Source: Promethearchaeota archaeon (GTDB lineage: Archaea > Asgardarchaeota > Lokiarchaeia > Sigyniarchaeales > SOKP01). Taken from it: a stretch of DNA of 64,000 bases. A model generated the notes under the pieces. The model was not told where the DNA came from. It searched no databases and saw only the letters and a list, made by a program, of their open reading frames with translations. The position numbers and the translations under genes were made by a program. The stretch lies in NCBI GenBank assembly GCA_019058295.1, contig JAHPZI010000028.1, forward strand, positions 1-64,000, given 5' to 3'. How positions within the stretch are numbered: position 1 is the first letter of the stretch; each line of letters starts with the position of its first letter. Of the stretch, positions 20,202 to 27,774 are shown piece by piece.

Positions 20202-21347
20202 ATGTATAATCCTTTAACGATTTCTGTAATTATAGTTTATTTTATATGTTTATTTATATGCATAATTACGATAGTTCATATTTTTCATCATCATAAAATT
20301 TTTGGCACAGTTCTTAACTCCATTTTAAACATTTTAGCTGTCTTTATTATTGGAATAATTTATTCAACTCTTTTTATTATTTCTATAATAATTTATCACT
20401 CAGAAATTGTAAATGTTCTACTATGGAAGTTATCCCTTATTATGGGTTTTATAGCTTTAGAATTAGTAGTAATTGTCAGCTATTTTATGTTAGAGTATAA
20501 AAAGATACCATTTTTTCCACTTTTATCTTATACAATTCTTCTTGGATTTCTAATAGGATCTCTGTTTTTTCTTGATTCAATCCAAATTATTAATAAATCT
20601 TCCAATTCATCACCTTATTTAATTACAGATCTATCAGATATTAATTTCATTTTTCATCCCTTACCAGGTTTAATAACTATTTTATTTATAACTTTATTTT
20701 TGATTAATTTATTATATCTAGGGATTAAATTATATTTCCAATCAAGAGAACCAAAAGTGATTATAGGATTTTCGATAAATGCTATTATTTTATGGATTCC
20801 ACTAATATTTTATATACTTTATATAATTTTCCCATTACCTGTTTATAGAGAATTACATATTATATTTCTCATGATAAATGCAATTGTTTTATGTATAACA
20901 TTAATTAAGAGACCTGAAATGTTTCAAGTATTAACTAATAAAGTTTTTTTTCTTAATATTTACCATAAATCTGGAATTTTATTATATTCTTATAAATTCG
21001 AAAAAGAAGGGATTTTGACTGATTCTGTCATATGGGGTAATATATTAATAGGTATTAATCATATTCTTTCTGAGTTCATTGATTCACGAGATAAAATAGA
21101 CATGCTTCAAACCAAAAAAGCAAAAATTATCGTCAACTACAATAATGAATATGGATTTGCTGTCTTAGTCATTTCTAACCAAAAGAATGAAATTTTGGTT
21201 AATTTAATGGAAAATTTTACTAATGAATTTAAAGATAGATATAAAAATGAACTAATGGAAATTCAAGATTTAAATAAAATAATAGATGTATCAGATTTTA
21301 AAGATGCAAAAGAGATTGTAGAGGAAAATTTTAAAATTTATTTATAG
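20202..21347 (+). CDS. 7-TM membrane protein with C-terminal longin-like domain (paralog of 18973-20088)
   Basis: Same architecture; IYHKSGILLYSYKF, ILIGINHIL, YGFAVLVI, IDVSDFKDAKEIV. Confidence 0.7.
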   Translation: MYNPLTISVIIVYFICLFICIITIVHIFHHHKIFGTVLNSILNILAVFIIGIIYSTLFIISIIIYHSEIVNVLLWKLSLIMGFIALELVVIVSYFMLEYKKIPFFPLLSYTILLGFLIGSLFFLDSIQIINKSSNSSPYLITDLSDINFIFHPLPGLITILFITLFLINLLYLGIKLYFQSREPKVIIGFSINAIILWIPLIFYILYIIFPLPVYRELHIIFLMINAIVLCITLIKRPEMFQVLTNKVFFLNIYHKSGILLYSYKFEKEGILTDSVIWGNILIGINHILSEFIDSRDKIDMLQTKKAKIIVNYNNEYGFAVLVISNQKNEILVNLMENFTNEFKDRYKNELMEIQDLNKIIDVSDFKDAKEIVEENFKIYL

Positions 21348-21378
21348 GGAATATTTTTAAGAAATCTAAGATATTATT

Positions 21379-22992
21379 TTACCAATTTGATTTATCTTTA
21401 AGTAATTTAAAGATATAACTATCGACTAATGCATCCCAGGAAGCTACTATAATATTTTCATGCGCGCCAATTGTCCCCCAAGAACTGTCTTTGTCGTATG
21501 TTTCTGCTAGAACCCTCACTTTTGACGCAGTTCCTTCTTGATTTATAATTCTAACTTTAAAATCTGATAAATCAATTTCCTTAATACTTGGATAAAAGTA
21601 GACCAAAGCTTTTTTGAGTGCATTATCAAGGGCATTAACTGGTCCATTGCCTTCCGCTGCTGTGTGGAATAATTCATTACCAACTTTTACTTTAATAGTT
21701 GCTTCAGAGATTAAATTACCTTTATACACTTCCGTAAGTACTCTAAATCCCTCCAATTCGAAAAACTTGTTTCTATAATAGTTTGGATCTTGTATGTTCA
21801 TATCCATACTTCTCATTATGATTTCGAGGGAACCTTCAGCACCTTCAAATGAAAAACCCATATTTTCTTTTTCTTTTATTACCCCAAGGATTGCGTCAAC
21901 TTTAGGATTCTTTTCCGTAAGGGGTATACTAAATTTTTTAGCCATATGCAAAATCGAACTTTTACCGGCTAATTCTGAGATTTTTATATTTCGTGAATTG
22001 CCTACTAATTCAGGATCTATATGTTCATAAGTTCTAACGTCTTTTAACATAGCTGAAATATGGACACCCCCCTTATGTGAAAAAGCATTTTTCCCTACGA
22101 ATGGTTGATCTAAGTCGCCTTGCAAATTCGCCATTTCATATACAAAGTGAGAAACTTCGGTTAAATTTGTCAAATTTTCATCACTTATACAATTTATTCC
22201 CATTTTTAATTTTAAAATAGGTATAATGGATGTTAAATCTGGATTTCCGCATCTTTCACCAAATCCGTTAATAGTTCCTTGAATTAAATTAGCCCCATTT
22301 AAGTAACTCTCTAAAGTGATTGCATTTGCTAATCCCGAATCGTTATGAGCGTGGATTCCTAATGGAAAATCCCCCAATTTATTTTTTACATCTGTGAATA
22401 TTGGCCCCAATTCATGAGGAAGTACACCTCCATTAGTATCGCATAACACAATCCAAGACGCTCCAGCATCTCTAGCGGTTTTTAATGTCTCTAATGCATA
22501 TTCTTTATTGCTCTTATATCCATCAAAAAAATGTTCTGCATCATAAATTACATCCATTCCATGTTCTTTCAAGAAATTAACTGTATCTTTTATCATTTCT
22601 AAATTTTCTTTTAGAGTTGTTTCTAAAGCTTTCTTGACATGTAATTCCCAACTTTTCCCAAAAACAGTCACATTTTCAATACCAGTCTTGAGAAAGGCTT
22701 GAATATTTTTATCGTCATCAATTTTAGTATTTTTTCTTCTTGTACTGCCGAATTGATATATTTTTGTATTATCTACTCCCATTTCACTTATTCTTTTAAG
22801 GAATTCGATGTCTTTAGGATTAGACCCCGGCCAACCAGCCTCAATCATGGGAATATGTAAATCCTGAATCAACCTTTCCAAGATTCTTAATTTATCTTCT
22901 ATTGAAAAAGCGATCCCGGTTTTTTGACACCCCTCCCGGAGTGTTGCATCATATATATATACATTTTTATCTTCCAATGCTATTTTCACCAT
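21379..22992 (-). CDS. cimA: citramalate synthase (DRE-TIM metallolyase with C-terminal regulatory domain)
   Basis: DATLREG, EAGWPGSNPKD, FGKSW, YDAEHFFDGY, HAHND, GERCGN, HKGGVH, GNGPVNALD, SWGTIG are typical of the CimA clade. Confidence 0.9.
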   Translation of the reverse strand: MVKIALEDKNVYIYDATLREGCQKTGIAFSIEDKLRILERLIQDLHIPMIEAGWPGSNPKDIEFLKRISEMGVDNTKIYQFGSTRRKNTKIDDDKNIQAFLKTGIENVTVFGKSWELHVKKALETTLKENLEMIKDTVNFLKEHGMDVIYDAEHFFDGYKSNKEYALETLKTARDAGASWIVLCDTNGGVLPHELGPIFTDVKNKLGDFPLGIHAHNDSGLANAITLESYLNGANLIQGTINGFGERCGNPDLTSIIPILKLKMGINCISDENLTNLTEVSHFVYEMANLQGDLDQPFVGKNAFSHKGGVHISAMLKDVRTYEHIDPELVGNSRNIKISELAGKSSILHMAKKFSIPLTEKNPKVDAILGVIKEKENMGFSFEGAEGSLEIIMRSMDMNIQDPNYYRNKFFELEGFRVLTEVYKGNLISEATIKVKVGNELFHTAAEGNGPVNALDNALKKALVYFYPSIKEIDLSDFKVRIINQEGTASKVRVLAETYDKDSSWGTIGAHENIIVASWDALVDSYIFKLLKDKSNW

Positions 22993-23021
22993 CTTAATGA
23001 ATTTTTTTTTAATAATCGAAA

Positions 23022-23088
23022 AAGAAATTTTAAACCAGAAAGCGTAATAAAAGAAAAGTCAAATCGCAAAAGGAGTTTAAAATTTCTT
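23022..23088 (-). terminator. 14-bp perfect inverted repeat with U-rich loop and tail in the cimA leader (candidate attenuator)
   Basis: AAGAAATTTTAAAC (23022-23035) and GTTTAAAATTTCTT (23075-23088) enclose a 39-nt pyrimidine-rich loop on the minus strand. Confidence 0.55.
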
Positions 23089-23095
23089 GATGAAA

Positions 23096-23152
23096 TTAAA
23101 TAATTCCAATAATAATAATACCTATGACTCTAATAGGAATTATTTTATTCAT
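23096..23152 (-). CDS. Ile-rich leader peptide upstream of cimA (MNKIIPIRVIGIIIIGII)
   Basis: ATG at 23152, TAA at 23096-23098; 10 of 18 codons are Ile; ends 103 nt before the cimA ATG. Confidence 0.7.
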   Translation of the reverse strand: MNKIIPIRVIGIIIIGII

Positions 23153-23280
23153 TAGTTTCAATAAATAATTGATTATTTATATTTTTTTTTAAAAATTGGA
23201 CTCATCTACTTTTAAGTATATTAATAATTTTAGATAGTATAATAGTAATGTTATAAATATTCTTTTAATGGGATAAGAAA

Positions 23281-23859
23281 ATGTCATTGAAATTTTGTCC
23301 TTTTTGCGGTGGAGAATTAGATAGAGATGAAGATTTTTGCCCATCCTGCGGTTCAGATTTAAGAGAGAGAAAATTAACGGAAAAAGAAGCCATCTCTGAG
23401 CCAGCAATTCCTTCACCTCCAGAAAAAAAAGTAGAAAAAGCAGAAATATCTGGAAAACAATTTGCTGATGCATTACCAAGATTAGGTGCGTTGGTTATAG
23501 ATTGTGTTATAATCTCTGGACTAATTAGTTTAGATTTTATTATATTATTAATGATTAGATTACATTTTATCGTTCCTCTAATTATTAGTCCTTTTATAAT
23601 ATTTTTCTATTTTTGGATAATGGAAATAATAACGGATGGTCGAACATTAGGAAAAATGGCTTTTAGTTTAAGGACTGTGAATGCCAAGACGCTTGAGCCC
23701 GCCAAACCAGGAAGTTATTTAGTTAATAATTTATTAAAAAGTACTCCCATAACATTCATTATTGATATAATAATTGGTTTTTTTGTAAATATAGGTTCTT
23801 CGAAGAAGAGATTACGAATCATGCAAAATCTCTCTAATACTTGCGTGATTCGGACTTAG
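23281..23859 (+). CDS. zinc-ribbon + RDD family membrane protein
   Basis: CPFCG...CPSCG; RLGALVID, GRTLGKMAFSLRTV. Confidence 0.85.
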   Translation: MSLKFCPFCGGELDRDEDFCPSCGSDLRERKLTEKEAISEPAIPSPPEKKVEKAEISGKQFADALPRLGALVIDCVIISGLISLDFIILLMIRLHFIVPLIISPFIIFFYFWIMEIITDGRTLGKMAFSLRTVNAKTLEPAKPGSYLVNNLLKSTPITFIIDIIIGFFVNIGSSKKRLRIMQNLSNTCVIRT

Positions 23860-24566
23860 TGAAATTAAAAAATATAATTTTTATTAAATAATTTTTTTTA
23901 AAAAAAGTTCCTTTTTAATAGTAAATCTAAAGTTCATATTTTCTTTCTTATTTATATATGTCAAAAACAAAACCTATGATAAGGAAAAATAAACCATCAG
24001 ATGTAGAATTCGCAAGAATTGGTTTGAGGATTCTCGCTTGGATAATTGATATTATAATTATTTACATAATTGCTTGGGTCCTTCTATTTTTATTCTTTTG
24101 GAGTATAGAGATTCCTTTTTTTATCATTTTAAATACTCTTGCTTATTTAATAGGTTTATTTTATTTTTGTTTGTTAGAATCAATTAATGGTCAAACATTA
24201 GGTAAATTAATTGTAGGATTAAGAACTGTGGATGAGGATACATTTGAAGTATCTTCTTTTACTGAAAATCTAAAAAATTGTATTCTCAAATGCCATTGGT
24301 TTCCTTGCATAATAGACTTAATTATTGGTATATTCAAAAATTCTGAGAATATGGAGAAAAAATTGCGAATCATGCAAAATTTCTCTAATACTTGCGTGAT
24401 TCGAATTTAGTAAAATTAAAAAAATCTAATTTTTATTAAATAATTTTTTATTAAAAAGATCCTTTTTAATAATAATATCTAAAGTTCATAATCTCTTTCT
24501 TGGTGATATATGTCAAACACAAAACCTGAGATGAAGGAAAATAAACCATCAGATGTAGAATTCGCA
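23812..24566. repeat. ~200-bp direct repeat (~23812-24014 and ~24363-24566) spanning RDD gene junctions
   Basis: Gene end, intergenic DNA and next gene start are near-identical in both copies. Confidence 0.8.
23958..24410 (+). CDS. RDD family membrane protein
   Basis: RILAWIID, GQTLGKLIVGLRTV. Confidence 0.88.
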   Translation: MSKTKPMIRKNKPSDVEFARIGLRILAWIIDIIIIYIIAWVLLFLFFWSIEIPFFIILNTLAYLIGLFYFCLLESINGQTLGKLIVGLRTVDEDTFEVSSFTENLKNCILKCHWFPCIIDLIIGIFKNSENMEKKLRIMQNFSNTCVIRI

Positions 24567-24977
24567 GAGCTTGGTTGGAGGTTTCTAGCTTGGATAATTG
24601 ATTTTGTGGTTATTTCTGCGATATATCTTTATTTACTTGTACCTTATTACTTATGGAGAATAATTCTTCGTTATTGGTTCTTCATTGGCGTCAGTCATTA
24701 CCTTCTTTGGTATTCAATATGTTTATTATATTTTTGGATTTTAGAATCAATTCTTGGTCAAACATTAGGTAAATTACTTTTAGGATTAAGAACAGTGGAT
24801 GAAGAAACATTTGAAAAACCTTCTTTTATTCAAAATCTAAAAAATTGTATTCTTAAATGCTGGTTCTTTTGTTTGATTGATTTTATCATTGGAGTAAAAA
24901 AAAATTCTGATGATCCCCAAAAAAGGAAAAGAATTATGCAAAATGTCTCCCATACAGTAGTTATTAAAATAACATAG
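24510..24977 (+). CDS. RDD family membrane protein
   Basis: RFLAWIID, GQTLGKLLLGLRTV. Confidence 0.88.
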   Translation: MSNTKPEMKENKPSDVEFAELGWRFLAWIIDFVVISAIYLYLLVPYYLWRIILRYWFFIGVSHYLLWYSICLLYFWILESILGQTLGKLLLGLRTVDEETFEKPSFIQNLKNCILKCWFFCLIDFIIGVKKNSDDPQKRKRIMQNVSHTVVIKIT

Positions 24978-25099
24978 AAAATAAATCCATGTATCTATTT
25001 AATATAAATTACTTTTTTTTTAGTATCTAAACATTTTTTAATTAGTATTTATATACAATTGCTTAGAGAATATTAATATTATATATTAACTGAAATGAG

Positions 25100-25321
25100 G
25101 TGTTAAACATAGAAAATTTGGAATATCAAGATTTAGAATGGGCAAATGATTGGAAAACTATTGTACGAATCTTTGACACTATCGATCGACTTAAAAGTCT
25201 ATTTAAACAATTAGATGTTTCTTATCTGCGTGAAGTTGAGCAAAAAATTTTAATATTGAATCTCGAAAAGTATGTATGTTCATTACAAAATTATATTATA
25301 GCGAAATATTCTAAAGAATAA
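25100..25321 (+). CDS. small hypothetical protein
   Basis: 73-aa helical, protein-like ORF filling an intergenic gap; exact start uncertain. Confidence 0.65.
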   Translation: MLNIENLEYQDLEWANDWKTIVRIFDTIDRLKSLFKQLDVSYLREVEQKILILNLEKYVCSLQNYIIAKYSKE

Positions 25322-25393
25322 GTCAATTTCTTTTCAAATCCTGAAATATTCACAGCTCTTAATTCTAGTATTGAAGTATGCTCATATTCAAGA

Positions 25394-26098
25394 TTAATTA
25401 TTCTTATTAATCTCTTTTTCCTTAACTTTAAGAAGATTAATGCGAAACATACTATAAATTAAAATTACAATTACGTATAAAGTTATAATGCTCAAAATCC
25501 AACTTTCTCCACCGATTAAATTGCAGATATTAATTAAATTATAAGCAAAAACCAACATTAAACCAAACTTCCCGAGCCAACACCAAAAAATCGTCTTTTT
25601 AGGACTATATTTGATTATTCCCAAAGGGATAGTAATAAGATCATCTGAAATTGGAGTAAGAGCTGCGAGAAATATGAGCAAAGGAGCGAATTTTGGATGG
25701 TCTATTAGATATTGCTGAAATTTCTTTAATTTATCCTTTCTCGTATCGGAAATTATTTCCGCAGATCCTCTTCCAAGGATATATCCTCCCATTTCACCTA
25801 TTAAGCATCCTAAACTTGCTATGAAGCCAATTAATAATGGGATAAACAAATTAACCATAAATGGCTGAGAACTATAACATACAACCCATGTATATGGCGT
25901 AGGAATAGGCAGAAGATTTCCTATTAAACAGACCCAGAAGGTTATTAAGAGCCCTGTACCTAAGTTTTGAAACGGCTCGTATTTAGAAATGTTTTCTATG
26001 GCTTCTTGATGAGCTTTGTTAAAAAGAAGATCAACTGAAATAACCGTCAGAATTGCGATTATAACAATAAATGTGGCATCTATTTTTTTTATTTTCAA
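25394..26098 (-). CDS. DedA/VTT (SNARE-associated) domain membrane protein
   Basis: LPIPTP, G...GEMGGYILGR, LAALTPISDDL..IPLG, GKF. Confidence 0.85.
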   Translation of the reverse strand: MKIKKIDATFIVIIAILTVISVDLLFNKAHQEAIENISKYEPFQNLGTGLLITFWVCLIGNLLPIPTPYTWVVCYSSQPFMVNLFIPLLIGFIASLGCLIGEMGGYILGRGSAEIISDTRKDKLKKFQQYLIDHPKFAPLLIFLAALTPISDDLITIPLGIIKYSPKKTIFWCWLGKFGLMLVFAYNLINICNLIGGESWILSIITLYVIVILIYSMFRINLLKVKEKEINKNN

Positions 26099-26317
26099 GA
26101 TAATTAAACATTATTATTATAATAATTTAAATTAATTACAATTTTAATTGAGATGCAACTTTAATTAAGGCTATGAAAAAGCAAAATAACCTACTAAAAG
26201 ACTTACTATTATAAGAATTAATAGGAAGATACTCCAACATTGTCTGGATTTATCTCTTTTTTTTTTAACGGCCCTAGTAGATTGATCTGGGCGTTTTCGT
26301 TTCACATGGCTCATGTT

Positions 26318-27082
26318 TTACTCTTCTGAATTTTTTTCATCATTTTTTTTTGACTTTTCTTTTACAGAAATATTCTGTTTGTCTGTCTTTTCAAGCAGTT
26401 CAGTCAAAACAACATTATTGTAAGAAAATAGCATTCTGGCCACATAATTTTCTGCCAAATAAGGTCCATCAGGGACTTGTTCTTGTAATGGAAAAATCTT
26501 TTTTTCTTTTATTATGGATCCCAAATAATTTCTTTCATATTCACGGTATCCGAATAATTGATTTTTAACTATGACCATTTTCCTTTCGTAACCTTCTGGA
26601 ATTCCTGTTTTTTCAAGAAGTAAAATAATTTTTTCTCGGGATAATTCCTTAAGTAATTCTAAATCTTCTACTGTTCCAGCATAAGCGGGGCCCACTTGTT
26701 TATCTTTTTCCAAATCTCTTTCTTTGATCATTCCAACTCTTACTTTAAACCCCGTCATTTCATTACCTTCATCAACAGCTGTTATTTTATATCCAATTCC
26801 ATATTTATCTCTAATTTTAGGTGAGATTTTGGCTGCGATGAATTTCATCCGTGTAGTGGTGTTGCTTCCATGCCATAACCATACTCTAAAATATTTATGG
26901 TCCACAAACAATAATACAAAATCGGGATCTAGCAATTCATGTAAGGCTACACCTTCTTCGACTTCCAACTCTTCAAATTCTCCTAATTGGTCGTTGAATT
27001 GAAAAGCTATAAGTTTCTCTTGCTCTTTATCAGGAATTTCACTTTTTTTTAAAGTTTCAAATAGATCTTTATCGTCTGTCAT
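26318..27082 (-). CDS. gelsolin-domain protein with C-terminal extension
   Basis: LLDPDFVLLFVD...VWLWHGSNTTTRMKFIAA...VDEGNE...F gelsolin-like core plus ~130 extra aa. Confidence 0.8.
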   Translation of the reverse strand: MTDDKDLFETLKKSEIPDKEQEKLIAFQFNDQLGEFEELEVEEGVALHELLDPDFVLLFVDHKYFRVWLWHGSNTTTRMKFIAAKISPKIRDKYGIGYKITAVDEGNEMTGFKVRVGMIKERDLEKDKQVGPAYAGTVEDLELLKELSREKIILLLEKTGIPEGYERKMVIVKNQLFGYREYERNYLGSIIKEKKIFPLQEQVPDGPYLAENYVARMLFSYNNVVLTELLEKTDKQNISVKEKSKKNDEKNSEE

Positions 27083-27127
27083 AATCTTATTTTATCATAA
27101 TTTTCAATTTAATTTGGAATTTTATTA

Positions 27128-27463
27128 TTATGCCAATCCAGCGCATTTTTTGAAATCTAAAGGTTCTTCTCCGTCGTCAACTGAAATGATTGTATAATCA
27201 ATTCCGTATCTATCTCTTATTGTAGGTGCTAATTGGGCAGCAAGAAATTTCATTCTTGTTGTTGCTCCTCTTCCCTTCCATATCCAAACTGCTTTTTTCT
27301 CTGGATCGACAAAAAAAAGTACTAAATCATGATATAGTAATTCGGAAAAGAGAGTTGATTTAGCCATATCAATTTCATCAAATTTTTCTAATATCGCATT
27401 TAATTGAAATACTAAAATGTTTTCTTTTTTTTCATTTTCAATGATTTGATGTTCGTTTGTCAT
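27128..27463 (-). CDS. single-domain gelsolin-like protein
   Basis: VLFFVD..KKAVWIWKGRGATTRMKFLAA...VDDGEEPLDF. Confidence 0.82.
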   Translation of the reverse strand: MTNEHQIIENEKKENILVFQLNAILEKFDEIDMAKSTLFSELLYHDLVLFFVDPEKKAVWIWKGRGATTRMKFLAAQLAPTIRDRYGIDYTIISVDDGEEPLDFKKCAGLA

Positions 27464-27547
27464 AGTATTGGTTAAAAATTGATATTAATAATATAATATT
27501 AGTTAGTTTTAATTATATATTTTTTTTACTCTTTAAAAGAAAATATG

Positions 27548-27631
27548 TGCGGGAAGGGAGATTTGAACTCCCGAACTCCTACGAGACTGGATTCTGAGTC
27601 CAGCGCCTTTACCAAACTTGGCAATTCCCGC
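27548..27631 (-). tRNA. tRNA-Leu (anticodon CAG)
   Basis: GCGGGAA/TTCCCGC acceptor stem, CTGGA-CTCAGAA-TCCAG anticodon arm, long variable arm, GGGAG-TTCAAAT-CTCCC T arm, discriminator A; no intron. Confidence 0.96.
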
Positions 27632-27774
27632 TTATATACTCTCTCACTTAGTAATTTTAATTAATTTTCAAATAAAGATGGACTATATTAAAATGATTTA
27701 TTGTCAATTTTAAAGTTTAATAATTTCCAACTTCTTAAAATAAGGTATTTCTAATTTACAGAAATTAAGATTTC

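Noticed and set aside
23189-23479. 96-aa minus-strand ORF upstream of the cimA leader
   Set aside because: Mostly antisense to the zinc-ribbon RDD gene and low complexity.
27548-27631. Long-variable-arm tRNA as possible tRNA-Sec, or as an integration site
   Set aside because: The anticodon is CAG with a normal 7-bp acceptor stem (Leu). No integrase or duplicated tRNA 3' end was seen.
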